From the NCBI GenBank assembly GCA_030390025.1, contig CM059431.1, positions 153,204,001 through 153,268,000 of the forward strand: a stretch of DNA of 64,000 nt. The letters run 5' to 3'. Each line of letters starts with the position of its first letter. Within the stretch, counting starts at the first letter, position 1. The notes under the pieces were generated by a model that worked only from the letters and a program-made list of their open reading frames with translations, was not told the DNA's origin and searched no databases. The translations under genes were made by a program, and so were the position numbers. Source of the stretch: Squalus acanthias. Lineage: Eukaryota. Below are positions 27,230 through 40,830 of this stretch, in pieces.

Positions 27230-28884
27230 CAATAGTGGTGACCTTATCCTAACATTTCTGGTGTTGACCTTACTCTAACATTACTGTTGGTGAGTCTACT
27301 CTGACATTACTGTTGGTGACTCCACTCTAACATTACTGGTGCTGACCTTACTCTAACATTACTGGTGTTGACCCTACTCTAACGTTACTGGTGTTGAGTC
27401 TACTCTAACATTACTGGTGGTGAACTTACTCTAACATTACTGGTGTTCATTCTACTCTAACATTACTGGTGGTGACCCTACTCTAACGTTACTGGTGGTG
27501 AGTCTACTCTAACATAACAAGTGGTGACCCTACTCTAACATTACTGGTGTTGACCCTACTCTAACATTACTGGTGGTGACCCTGCTCTAACATTATTGTG
27601 GTGACTCTACTCAAACATTACTGGTGTTGACCCTATTCTAACATTACTGGTGGTGACCCTACTCTAACATTATTGTGGTGACTCTACTCAAACATTACTG
27701 GTGTTGACCCTACTCTAACATAACAAGTGGTGACCCTACTCTAACATAACAAGTGGTGACCCTACTCTAATATTACTGGTGGTGACCATACTCTAACATT
27801 ACTGGTGGTGAAACTATTCTAACATTAGTTGTGGTGACTCTACTCCAACATTACAGTTGGTGAACCTACTCTAACATGACTTGTGGTGATCCTACTCTAA
27901 CAGCACTGGTATTGACCGACTCTAATATTAGTTTTGATGACCTTACTCGAACATTAATGATGTTGACCTTACTCTAACATTACTGATGGTGACACTACTT
28001 CAACAGTGCTGGTGGTGACCGTACTCAAACATTAATGGTGTTGACTCTACTCTAACATTACTGGTGGTGACTCTACTCCAACATTACTGGTGGTGACCCG
28101 ACTCTAACATTACTGGTGGTGACTCTATTCCAACATTACTGGTGGTGACCCGACTCTAACATTACTGTTGGTGACTCTACTCCAACATTACTGATGGTGA
28201 ACCTGCGCCAACATTACTGGTGGTGACTCTACTCCCACATTGTTGTTTGTGAACCTGCGCCAACATTACTGGTGGTGACCCTACTTCAACAGTGCTGGTG
28301 GTGACCGGACTCAAACATTTCTGATCATGACTCATCATTAACACTACTGAGGCTTTAGCCTAATCTAACGTTACTGGTAGTCACCCGACTGCAACATTAC
28401 TGTTTGGAACAAAACATAACAAGTTCTGATCAATACTCGGACCTAATATTATTAGAGTTGATCCTACTATAAAATTGCTGGTGATGACTCTACTCGAACA
28501 ATACTGGTGGTGATCGTACTCTGACATCACCGGTGGTGAACTTACTCTGACATTACTGGCCTTTATTCCTACTCTAGCATTATTGTTCCTGACACTAATC
28601 TGACACTGTTCTTGCTTACACTACCCTAAAATTAATGATGTTAATTGTATTCTAACATCACTGGTGGTGCCCAATTTTTACATCACCGGTGGAGATTCAA
28701 CTCTAAAATTATTGATTGTGGGACCCATCTAACATAACATGTGGTGACTCCACTCTAAAATTAACGGTGTTGAACCTACTCTAAATTACTTTTGATGAGC
28801 CTACTCTATGATTATTGATGATGACTCCACAATAACAATAATGGCGAGGACAAGTCACTGATATTACTGCCGGTGACCTCTCGT

Positions 28885-29870
28885 GGGTACGGCAGCATAA
28901 TGGTTATGTTGCTTGACTAGTAATCCAGAGGGCGGGACTAATAACACGAAGATGTGAGTTCCAAACCCGAGCTCCCCATGGCAGTTTGGGAATTTCAAAG
29001 CAGTTAGTTAAATAAATCTCTAATAAAAAGAAAGTATCATGAATGATGTACATGAAGAAATCGGTTTATTGTAGAAAGGCAGGTTGTTCACTAATGGATA
29101 GTAGGGAAGGAAACCTGTCATCCTTAGCCTGTAAGGCCTATATGTGACAGTTAATTAACCTCTGAGATGGCCGAAGAAGACACTAATTTGTATCAAAGCG
29201 TTCTAAATGAGTATAATAAGAATGAAATTGTACGGATCGGGCTCGGAAACGAGAAAGGCACAAACCACCCATTCGACCTGCAAATTCCTCATCACTAATA
29301 TCTGGGGACTTGTGCTAAAATTGGCTGAGCTGCCCCACTGACCAGTCCAACAGCAGCCTGACATAGTCAAACTGACAGAATCATATCTTTCAGCCAATGT
29401 CCCACTCTCTTCCATCTCCATCCCTGGATCTATCCTGACCCACCAGATATGGCGGTACTCCAGTTTATAGTCGGGTCGGAGTGGCCCTGAGAGTCCTCAT
29501 AATATATTTCGGACTCCATGAAGTTTCGTGGCAACAGGTCAAACATGGGCAAGGGAAGCTCCGACTGATAACATACGCCCTCCCTAATCTGATGAAACAG
29601 TACGCCTCCTTGGAAGAAGCACTAAGGTTAGCGAGAGCGCAGAATGCAGTCTTGGTCGTGGACTTCAATGTCCATCACCAGGACCGGATCGGTAGCACCA
29701 CTAAAGGATACAAATGCCAAATTGGGCGTGAGAAAACCCACACGGGGGCAATCCCAGTTGACTTCCTCCTGACCAATCTAACTGATGCATCTCTGCTTGG
29801 ACGAATTTGTTGGAGTGATCACTGCACAGTCCTTGTGGAGACGAGGCCCGTACTGACACCGAGGGCAGCC
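28885..29870 (+). mobile_element. Degraded retroelement 5' region: tRNA-like head followed by AP-endonuclease remnant
   Basis: Head GGCAGCATAATGGTTATG...GTGAGTTCCAAACCC (A/B-box-like), then QQPDIVKLTESYL, DFNVHH, LLTNL, SDHCTVL. Confidence 0.6.
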
Positions 29871-29877
29871 TACCTGC

Positions 29878-31800
29878 AGTAATGTTAGAATAGGTCATCA
29901 CCAGTAATGTTCGTGTCGTGTCACTATCAGAAAAGTTAGACAAGAGCCACCAACAGTAATGTTAGAGTAGAATTACCAACGGTGCTGTTAGAGTAGGATT
30001 ATCACGGTTAATTCTAGAATAATGTCACCACCAGTAATTTAGAGTAGGATCACACCAGTAATGTTAGAGTAGAGTCACCACCAGTAATGTTAGAGAAGAG
30101 TCGCCTCCAGCAATGCTAAAGTCGAGTCACAACCAATAATATTAGACGAGGGTCTCTACCAGTTATATTCGAGTACAGTCGCCTCCAGTAATGTTAGAGT
30201 AGTGTCATCCCCAGTATTGTTAGTGTAGAGTCTGCACCAGCAACGTTCGAGTAGGGTCAAGAGCAATAAGGTTGGAGTAGAGACCCAATCATTAATGTTA
30301 GACAAGTGTCATCATAAGGAATATTAGTGTCGATTCAGCACCAGTAATGTTAGAATGGGGTCGACACCAGGACTGCTGGACTAGGATTACCACTAGTAAT
30401 GTTCGTGTAGATTCAGCACCAGCAATAACAGAGTAGAATCACCACCAGCAATGTTCGAGTAGGTTCAACATCAGTAATGTTAGAGTAGGGTCTCCACCAG
30501 TAATGTTAAACTATGTTCATCACCAGTAATATTAGAGTGGGGTCAGGACCAGTAATTATATTGTAGAGCCACAGGCCAGTAAAGTTAGAGAAGTGTCATC
30601 ATCAGTAATGTAAGAGTGGGATCTCCAGCAGTAATGTGATAGTAGGGTCACCACCAGTTTTGTCAATGCAGGATCACTACCAGTAATGTTAGAATAGGGT
30701 CACCACCAGTAATGTTAGAATAGGTTCACCACCAGTAATGTTTGAGTACAGTCACCACCAGTAACGATAGATTAGATTCAGCAGAGGTAATGTTAGAATA
30801 GGTTCACCACCAGTAATGTTAGAGTAGGCTAAACTCCAGTAACGTGAGACTAACCAACAGTAATGCTCGAGTGCGGTCACAACCAATAATGTTAGGGTAT
30901 TGTCACAATCAGTAATCTTGGACTAGTGTCAATACCAGCAATGTTATTGTACAGTCACCGCAATTAACGTTAGAATAGGGTCAAAAGCACATATATTAGA
31001 GTAGGGTCAATACCAGCAATGTTAGAGTAGAGTCACCGTCAGTAATAATTGATTAGAGTCACCATCAGCAATGTTAGATTCGCGTCAGTACCAGTAATGT
31101 TAGAATAGGGTCACCACCAAAAATTTTAGAGTAGAGTCCCCAGCAGCAATGTTAGAGTAGAGGCACCACCAGTAATGTAAGAGTGCGGTCACCACAAGTA
31201 ATGTTAGAGTGCGGTCACCAGCAGTAATGTTACTGTAGAGTCACCACCAGTAATGCTGGAGTAGAGGCACCACCAGTAATGTTCGGTTAAAGTCCCCACC
31301 AGTAATGTTAGAATAGATTCACTACCAGTAATGTTAGAGTGCGGTCACCAGCAGTAATGTTAGAGTAGAGTCACCACCAGTAATGTTAGAATAGCGTCAC
31401 TTCCAGTAATGTTAGAGGAGGTTATTCACAATTAATGTTAGTGTAGGGTCTCCATCAATAATCTTCGGTTCAGTCATGACCAATAATGTTAGAGTAGGTT
31501 CACCACCAGTAATTGTCGAGTTGATTCATCACCAGTAATGTTAGATTAGGGTCATCTCCAGTAATCTTACTGTAGGTTCCCACCAGTAATAGTGGAGTAG
31601 AGTCATCACAATTAATGATAGATGATGGCTACTACCAGTAATATTAGTGTAGGATCACCAGCATAATATTAGAGTAGAATCATCACCATTAATGATAGAT
31701 GATGGCCACTACCAGTAATATTAGTGTAGGATCACCACCAGTAATATTAGAGAAGGGTGACGGCCAGTAATGTTAGGGCAGGATCGTCAACAGTAACGTT
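29878..31800 (-). repeat. 26-bp minisatellite array, inverted orientation
   Basis: CCAGTAATGTTAGAGTAGGGTCACCA units. Confidence 0.95.
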
Positions 31801-32099
31801 AAAGCGTTACTTATGGAATGGATGAGAGAATATTTCACCAAATTATGTGAGGCCCTTAGAAGCTAACACAGGGACTTGGAGAGATGTTCCCTTCAGGCTT
31901 CACATGGCGGGTGCAGAGCGCATTCCCTCTGGAATTAACTCCCTTTCATTGTTTTTAATGGACGGAGTTTCATGGACTCAGATGTACAATTTCCCCATTG
32001 GGCGCACTGAAGCGGAAAATCGCCCCTTGTTTGTTAAGTGGCTGTAACTAAGTTCAATTATTGTGTAACCTCACTTTCTCACCAGGGCACGGATTGTTC

Positions 32100-32105
32100 T
32101 ATAAA
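32100..32105 (+). promoter_or_regulatory. TATA box of GPCR copy 2
   Basis: GTTC-TATAAA-GGGGGAGC starting 83 nt before the ATG. Confidence 0.6.
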
Positions 32106-32182
32106 GGGGGAGCATTTACGGATCTCAGATAAACACCAGTCGGAACTGTAATGCAGGACAGAATTCACACAGTCTTCTGAAA

Positions 32183-34742
32183 ATGGCACGGCCAATAATT
32201 CTACAGATAAAGGACATATACTATCATTTTCTCGCAGTCTTTGGTATTCTCGGTAAGTCAATGCATCCTGTTGTTTAATAGTTGTTAACGAACTCACTGT
32301 TAATGATTATGTTACAGATTCCGTGAAGATCATTTATCGACCGGGATAATTTGGTGAATATCAGCGGGAATCCGATCAGTTTACCCGGCCGGTTAGGCGC
32401 TATTCTGGCCGGCAGATCTTGGGCACGGGGCACTCAAACTCCCTCTCTATACTGAGGGAGGGCGAAGCTGATTCCACGGCCCCTCCAACAGTATATAGTC
32501 CATTAAGGAATGTGTTGCTTAGTGTCCATAGCATTTATTTCAGTTGTCCCGTGGTTCCCTGTCTATTTTATGGTGATAATTGCTCGGACTGCAGCTACCT
32601 CCAACCAACAGCTGAATGTTTTATTGAATCCATATATTTCCAGTAATTGCTGCGAAATTATATTGAACTGCTGTCTGAAGTATGGTGGAAGGGAGTCGGA
32701 ATTTGAGTCCCTCTATATTGAATATTCAATGTTTCATTCCTTTTAAATCAATTCTTTAAGATATATATAAATGACCTGGATATTGGAATACAGTGTAGAA
32801 TTTCTAAATTTGCCGATGACACCAACCTTGGTGGTGTGGCAATCAATAGCTGCAACAGGACATAGAAAGGCTAGCAGAATGGGCAGACAAGTGGCAGATG
32901 GAATTTAATACAGAGAAGTGTGAGGTGATGCATTTTGGCAGAAGGAACAGGCAATATACACTCAGTGGCACAGTTTTAAAGATTGTGCAGGGACAGATGG
33001 ACCTGGGAGTTAATGTGCATAGGTCCCTGATGGTGGCGGGACATATTGAGAGAGTGGTTAACAAAGCCTATAGGATCTTAGGTTTCATAAATAGAGGTAT
33101 TGAGTACAACAGTAGAGAAGTTATGCTGAACCTTTATAAAACGATAGTTAGGCCACAACTGGAGTATTGCGTCCAGTTCTGATCACCACACTTTAGGAAG
33201 GATGTGAAGGCCCTTGAGAGGGTGCAGAGGAGATTTCCCAGAATGTTTCCGGGGATGGGGGTTCTTGGCTACAAGGACAGGTTGAAAAAGCTGGATTTTG
33301 TTTAATTAGAGCAAAGGAGGTTGAGCGGTGATTTGATTATGGCGGGTTTGGATAGGCTAAACGGGGAAAGGCTGTTCCCAGTAGTTGATGGTAAAAAGAC
33401 TAAGGGACACAAATTTAAGGTTTTGGGTAAGAGATACAGGGGGGTGGTGAAGAAAAACTTTTTTACGCAGTGAGTGGTGAGGACCTGGAATTCACTGCCG
33501 ACGGAAGTGGTGGAAGCGGAGACACTCAATGTTTTCAAGGGCTCACTGGATAGGCACTTGAGGGAAATAATCTTGTAGGGCTACGGGGATAGCGGGGGGC
33601 GGATGAGACTGACTGGAGTGCTCCACAGAGAGCCGGAACGGACTCGATGGGCCGAATGCCCTCCCTCTCTGCCGTAATGTCTGTATGGCTCTTTGACTCC
33701 TCAACGCTCGCCTATATGGCAAAAAATCAATGTAGGTAACGCTAAGTAGGCACACATCTGAGCATTCCCCATAATAAGCTGTGATGTTTATCCGGGTGAC
33801 CCTGTTAATAAACTCTTCTCCCTCTTCCTTACAGCGAACCTAGTAACAATCCTGATTCTCTCCAGAGGAAATTGCGGCCTTTCCAAATGTATCTCGATCT
33901 ACATGTTGGTCATGGCGACAGCAGATCTACTGGTCATCATCTTCCATATACTGGTGTTTCAGATTTTCTGTTACCACTTTCCGCATTCATTCCTGTACTA
34001 CACTGCCGTGTGTAAGTCCATTCATTACTTCAATACCGTCACCCTGGATATGTCGGTGTGGTTTACAGTCTTGTTTACTTTTGACCGATTTGTAACTATA
34101 TGTTGTCAGAAGTTTAAAACAAAGTATTGCACAGTGAGAACTGCGGCAACTGTTTTAACAACTGTCACTGTGCTGGTCTGTTTAGAGAATATCCCCTTTG
34201 CTTTCTCCTATCAATCTCAACGAATCATTAACAATGTTTCCTGGGGATGCCGCCCCAATGAAGCCTTTTATTCATCGCCTGCAGGGATAGCCTATTTCCG
34301 CATTCAAAGTATTTTAGTTCCATGGTTTGCTGTTGCTTTGATATTATTGTTGAATTGTTTGACAGTCAGACGAATTGTAGTCAGCAGTAGGGCCCGCAGG
34401 GGACTCCGGGGTCACTGCAGTGAGAATCAGAGCGATCCAGAGATGGAGAGCAGGAGGAAATCCATCATTTTACTCTTCACTGTATCGGGCAGTTTTATAC
34501 TGTTGTGGTTGACATCTGTCGTGAGTAACTTGAAGAACAGCCTGGCCGTTTACTACAAAGGTGAATATGAAACCCCTGCATACATCCTGTCTGAAAGCGG
34601 ATATATGCTCATGTATTTGAGTTCCTGTACAAACACCTGCATTTATGCAGCGACACAAACCAAATTCAGGCAAGATTTGGTGAAGATGGTGAAATCTCCC
34701 TGGACATTGATTCTGATATTGGTTAATAAAATGAAGAATTAA
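32183..34742 (+). CDS. GPR139-like class A GPCR, copy 2, intact, 325 aa (exon 1 32183-32252, exon 2 33835-34742)
   Basis: MARPIILQIKDIYYHFLAVFGIL-A-NLVTILIL; GT-AG phase-1 intron; seven hydrophobic segments; ATADLLV, TFDRF, ECL2 WGC, SSCTNTCIY, QTKFR. Confidence 0.92.
32755..33695 (+). mobile_element. CR1 fragment within the GPCR copy 2 intron
   Basis: KFADDT, MEFNTEKCEVMHFG, VRPQLEYCVQF; absent from the paralogous introns. Confidence 0.88.
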
Positions 34743-35784
34743 AACATAACTTCCTGTCCTAACTAGAGCTCAATTACAGCCCGTGTTCCGTTTTAGAATG
34801 GCAATCTTTCCCTTGGGGCAAAAGCCGATTGTTCTTGTGAAAATGAACAGGTATCAGGAAATATTATTCCCCCTTTGTGCCGTGTGTTTGATGTCTGCTG
34901 CTTTCCCCGAGTGAACATAATCGATTCCGGCTAAAACAGCGCCCTTCCCGCTCAAGATTCAAGGAGAACAGTCATGGCTGAGCTTCAGCAGTGGAGTAGA
35001 ACATGTGTGCGTCAGCGTTAACTACCACACACAGCAGCTACCGGAATGAGACGCTCAGTTTAATTAACAGATAAACATTCCTTTAGTGTAGAAACAATGT
35101 GTTACAATGGTGTTTATTTGTAATTCTGTAATCTTGGTGTGAATGTTGCAGGCGCTGGACTCCCCATCAGACTCCGCCCCCCATTGTCACCTGGACCAAT
35201 AGAACGGGGCCCTGTCTCCTGATCAGTGTCTAATGATGGAGACGGCAGGAACTTGACCCGTTAATGTGACATTAGACATCTTTGTTCACAGATATTTACT
35301 GAAAATCTCAAATGTTCATCAGTTTGTTGGAATGTTATAAGAGGGGAAATGACTGTATATCCCAATTAGTCCTTCTCAGCGTTTACCCTCCAGCCGATCA
35401 AATAGTTCCAATCACTTTATCCGCCCGGTCTCAACATCAATTCAACCTATTTTTGTTCACACAATTTAGTCTCCAATTTTGAGATAATTTCTGCCTCTGT
35501 TAATTCCACAGCTTCACCACTCTCCATATAAAGAGGAGTCTCTGGCCACCCGTTCTAAATCTCTTCAATCCATTCCTCAATCTATAGCCGTTAGTTCCAG
35601 ATCCTTCAAATAATGGCAGCAGTCTGCTTCTTTCTATTCTGTCCCGTACCTTCTTAACCTAAAGCACCTGGGCACAACTCGCCAAAACATCTCATCCTGG
35701 TAACAATTCACAATCTAGTACAAGTCAGGTAAGTGTAGTAAAGACAGTTAATTGATTGCTTTCTCTTGGAGACGAAAGCGGTTT

Positions 35785-38105
35785 ACTTAGGATATACAGC
35801 ACAGAAACAGACCATTCGGCCCAACCAGTCCATGTCGGCGTTTAAGCTCCACTCGAGCCTCCTTTCATCTTTCCTGATCTAACTCTATCAGCACAAACCT
35901 ATATTCCCTTCTCCCTCCTATTCTTATCTAGCCTCCCTTCAAATGTGTCTATACTGTTTGCTGGAACCACTCCCTGTGGTAGCGATGTTCACATCCTCAT
36001 ATTCTATTGGTAAGAACTTTCTTATGAATTCCGTATTTGATTTCTTGGTGACGATCTTACATTGATGGCCTTTAGTTTTGATCTTCCCCACAAGTGGAAA
36101 CATTCTTTCTCTGTCTACTCTATCAAAACCTTTTCATATTTTAAGACCTCTATTAGGTCACCCCTCAGCCTTCTCTTTTCAATAGAAAAGAGACCCAGCC
36201 TGTTCATACCTTCCTGATAGGTATATCCTCGCAGTTCTTGTATCATCCTTGTAAATATTTTTTGCACCCTCTCCAATAATATGGCGACCAAAACTGTCCG
36301 CAGTTCTCCAAGGTGGTATTATTAAGGTTCGATACAAGTTTCGCATAATTCTCTACTTTTCAATTCTATCCCTCTTGAATTAAACCCGAGTGCTTGGTTT
36401 GCTTTTTTTATGTGTCGCTTGCATTTATAAACCTGCGTCGCTGGTTTTCATGATTTGTGTATTTGTAATCAAGATCGCTTTGCTTTTCTCTCCCATTTAG
36501 ATTCTTATTTTCCAAATAATATGAGACTTCCTTATTTTTCTTACCAAAATATAACGCCTCCCATTTATCTGTGTTGAAATGCATTTGCCCTTCCTGCAAG
36601 TTTATTAATGACTTCTTGTTATTTGTTGCAGCCCTCCTCAGTACTGACTATCACAGCCGCTCCCATCCCCCAATTTGGTGACATCCGCCAATTTAGAAAT
36701 TGTGTTTTTGATTCCAAAGTCTAAATTGTTAACATAAATTGTGAACAAACATGGTCCCAGCACTGATCATTGTGGGACCCCACTTTTCATATTCTGCCGC
36801 TCCGTATAGCTAACCTTTACCCCTACTCTCTGCTTTCTGTCTTGAAGGCAGCTAGCTATCCATTCTGCTACTTGTTGCCTCACTCCGCATTCTCTGACCT
36901 TTTTCATTAGTCTGTTATGCAGTACTTTATCGAAGGCTTTTTTGAACTCTCGATAAATTATGTCTACTACTTTACCCTTGTCAACGCTCTCTGTTACCTC
37001 TTCAAAGAATTCAATGATTGTGGTCAAACTAGACTTTCTCTTTTGAAATGCATGCTGACTAATCATTATTATATCTTTAGCTTCCAGATGTTCTTCTATT
37101 GTTTCCTTTAGTAGGGATTCCATTATTTATCCTAACACCGATGTTAAGATGACTGCTCTATAGTCCCATGGACATGTTCCATTTCCCTTCTTAAATATAA
37201 GTATTACGTTAGCTATCCCCGAGTACTTTTGAACAATACAGTTTCCCAACGAATTATTAAATATGTGTAATAGTGTCTATTCTGTCGCTTCCCTAGATTC
37301 CTTTAAAATGAACGAATGTAATCCGTCTGGAGCAGGGCATTTATCCTGTTTGAGTTCGATTAGTTTATTTAATAGTTCTACTTTTTAATTTTAAATGCGG
37401 TTATATCATTTCTAATCTCATTTTCCGATGTCACGTCACCCTGACCGTCTCCCTGGTAAATACTGAAGTAAAGTAATTATATAATATTTCTGGCATTTCG
37501 CTATCGCTGCCATTGATTTTTTTCCTGACCGTTCCTGAATGGCCGTATTCCCATCCCAAATTTCGTTTTTATTTATGTGCCTGTAGAATATTTTATTACG
37601 TTGTTTTATGTTCCTTACTAATTTAATCGCAAGTTCCCCTTTGCCTTCCTATTGTTTTTTTGACTTCTCTATTATCTTCGTATTCTCCCATGCCATGATC
37701 TCCCCTGTTGTCCGTTTTCTTAGTGTATGCCTCTCCTTATCCTCAATTTTTCCCTTATGTCTTTATTCATCCATGTCATCCCAATAGTGTTTAGTTTGTT
37801 CTTGATTTTTAGTGGAATATATTTTCCTGGTCCTGCTGAATAAAAGTTTCCCATTGTTGTTCTACATCATTGCTTGCCAATATTGTTGTTACATTTTATT
37901 TTCCCAATTTCTATTCTCAGCCCCTCAAAATCGCATTTTCTCCAATCTATTAACCTGTTCGTCGTCATACTTATGTTCTTCTCAATTATTACCTGAAATC
38001 GTATTACATTATGGTCACTATTACCAAGGTGCTGCCCCACTTTTACTTCTCTTATCTGCTCTGGTTCATTCCCCATTACTCGATCTAGTAGCTAATTCTC
38101 CCTTT
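35785..38105 (-). mobile_element. Old CR1 LINE ORF2, 3' part
   Basis: Minus-strand KAFDKVLHNRL, SGVPQ, LGNSDHNVIRF. Confidence 0.8.
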
Positions 38106-38107
38106 TC

Positions 38108-39404
38108 GACTTGAAGGGGAAATCATGCTTGAAAATTTGCTCGAATTCTTTGACGACGTAACAAAAGGGTAGATAAAGGGGACCCAGTGGATGTGGTGTA
38201 TTTGGACTTCCAAAAGGCATTTGATAAGGTGCCACACAAAAGATTACTGCACAAGATAAAAAATCACGGGATTGGGGTAATATACTGGGATGGGTGGAAG
38301 ATTGGCTATCTAACAGAAAACAGAGAGTTGGGATAAATGGTTCATTCTCGGGTTGGCAATCAGTAACTAGTGGAGTTCCGCAGGGTCCGTGCTGGGACCC
38401 CAACTCTTTACAATCTATATTAACGAATTGGACGAGGGGACCAAGTGCAATATATCCAAGTTTGTTGACGATACAAAGATGGGAGGAAAAGCAGTGAGTG
38501 AGGAGGACATAAAAAACCTGCAAAAGGACATGAACAGGCTAAGTGAGTGGGCGGAAATTTGGCAGATGGAATATAATGTTGGAAAGTGTGAGGTTATGTA
38601 CTTTGGCAGAAAAAATGAAAGAGCAAGTTATTATCTAAATGAAAAGAAACTGCAAAGTGCTACAGTACAAAGGGATCTGGGGGTCCTGGTGCATGAAACA
38701 CAGAAGGTTAGTATGCAGGTACAGCAGGTGATCAGGAAGGCCAATGGAATCTTGGCTTTTATTGCAAGGGGGATGGAGTATAAAAGCAGGGAAGTCTTGC
38801 TTCAATTATGCTAGGTGCTGGTGAGGCCACACCTGGAATACTGCGTGCAATTTTGGTTTCCATATTTAAGAAAATATATACTTGCTCTCGAGGCAGTTCA
38901 GAGAAGGTTCACTCGGTTGATTCCGGAGATGAGGGGGTTGACTTATGAGGAAAGGTTGAGTAGGTTGGGCCTCTACTCATTGGAATTCAGAAGAATGAGA
39001 GGCGATCTTATCGAAACATATAAGATTGTGAGTGGGCTTGATCGGGTGGAGGCGGGGAGGATGTTTCCACTGATGGGTGAGACTAGAACTAGGGGGCATA
39101 ATCTTAGAATAAGGGTCTGCTGTTTCAAAACTGAGATGAGGAGAAACTTCTTCACTCAGAGGGTAGTAAATCTATGGAATTTGCTACCTCAGAGAGCTGT
39201 GGAAGCTGCGAAATTAAATACATTTAAAACGGAGATAGACAGTTTCCTAGCTGATAAGGGAATTAAGGGTTATGGGGAGCGGGCAGGGAAGTGGACGTGA
39301 GTCTAGCTTCGGATCAGCCATGATCCTATTGAATGTGGAGCAGGCCCGAAGGGCCATATGGCCTACTCCTGCTCCTACTTCTTATGTTCTTATGTTCTTA
39401 TGTT
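38108..39404 (+). mobile_element. Younger CR1 nested in opposite orientation
   Basis: SGVPQG, KFVDDTK, LVRPHLEYC; (TTCTTATG)3 tail. Confidence 0.9.
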
Positions 39405-40830
39405 ACCTATTGGGTTCGAAAGGAGTCCTTTGCACATAGTAGGAACTCCATTCCCTTATCCCCTTTACCTAGCTCTTCTGCCCAATTAATTTCGGGGCAG
39501 TTTAATCTCATGTTTTGTTTTTACTAATTTCTCTCATTTGTTTACAAATTTCTTCCTTCATCTCTTCTTCCACCATTAGTGGTCTGTAGACTTTCTCTAG
39601 GAGTGTGATTCAACCTTCATTTTCTTTTATCTCTATGCACTTGGATTCTATTTCTGTCTTACTGAGAGCTGCGTCATTTTTTCTACTGCCATTATGTTAC
39701 CTATAATAAGCACAACTACTCCAGCTCCCTTTTCCCCTCTCTATCTTTTCTAAATATACCCTGCAATGTTCAATTCCCAGTCCTGATTTTTCTGTAGCCA
39801 TGTCTTTGTATTCCCTACAATATCTGGTTCCTCGCAACGTATTAGTGCCTCCAGTTCCCCTGTTTTATTACGGACATAGTGCACATTGCTGCACAGGGTG
39901 TTTAACTCATGTTTAATTGCAGTTCTTGTCACTTTATTTTTAACCATATTTTAACTCTCTAGTTCAATAACTCTAGTTATTAACTAGAGTCTATGCCCTC
40001 CCTTAGTTTATTCCTTCCTATGCTCTCCGTTCCTGTTTCGTTTATATTTAGTCTGGTTTAATTTCTTATAGATCCCTTTTTACGAATGCTTCGTGCATTC
40101 AGATAAACAGCCTTTACTTTTAACTTTTTACCATTATTCCCTGCTTTCTCCTCATTCGCTGATGCCCTATTACCATTAAGCTCTCTGTCCTTTCCTGTCA
40201 CACTCTGCTTATCTTTACCCAAATCGATAAACTGCTCCATTGCCTTGACTTTTAGTTGAAATCCCCATTAACAGTCCGTGTTATTCGATTCACCAGGATA
40301 CAGGTCCCAGGCCGGTTTAAGTGGAGCCCCTCCCAATGGAACAGCTCACTCTTTTTCCAGAACTACATTCATTTTCACTCCCCCCACTCGAATGGCCTCC
40401 TACACCACGCTACCGTGGTCAGTTTGCTCATCCATACTGCAGACTTTGCCCTCATCCACACAGGCAGCAAGAAACTCATACCTGCTGAATACGTACTAAG
40501 CCGAGGCTCCTCCAGCACTGCACCTGGGGTCCCCTTACCTGCCTGTGTCACAGTCACAACCTCCTCTCCCTGACCACTAGCCAGGCCTGTGGCACTACCT
40601 AACCTAAGGGGTGTGACTGACTCCAGGTTCAAAGTTACCAGGTAACTCTCCCCCGCCCTGATGCCTCGCACTTTCTGCACCTCGGTCTCCTGTTGAACAA
40701 CTCCGAGCTAAAGTCCCTCGAGGTGCAGGCACTAACTGCAGACATGGTCGTCAGGGATCGCGATGCTCGCCACAAACATTCCACTCGATGCTGTCACGGC
40801 ACACAACCTGCATTGCCATCACTATACAAC
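39405..40830 (-). mobile_element. CR1 5' remnants (endonuclease N-terminus and ORF1 pieces)
   Basis: RNKTGELEALIRCEEPDIVGNTKTWL, VYLNARSIR, and ORF1-like QKVRGIRAGESYL. Confidence 0.65.

Larger units (their letters stand above)
19351..28878 (+). repeat. 26-bp minisatellite array, blocks 4-7 (interrupted at about 20602-21065, 25801-26407 and 27016-27229)
   Basis: Same unit, more diverged in 21.4-26.9 kb. Confidence 0.95.

Noticed and set aside
2005..28878. Coding repeat (mucin- or antifreeze-like)
   Set aside because: The 26-bp unit is not a multiple of three, and stop codons recur as the frame shifts between units.
2005..31800. CRISPR-like array
   Set aside because: Units are directly tandem with no unique spacers, there are no cas genes, and the context is eukaryotic.
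31985..32005. Olf1/EBF site in the GPCR promoter
   Set aside because: CCCATTGGG has a 3-nt spacer instead of 2 and is not conserved in copy 4.
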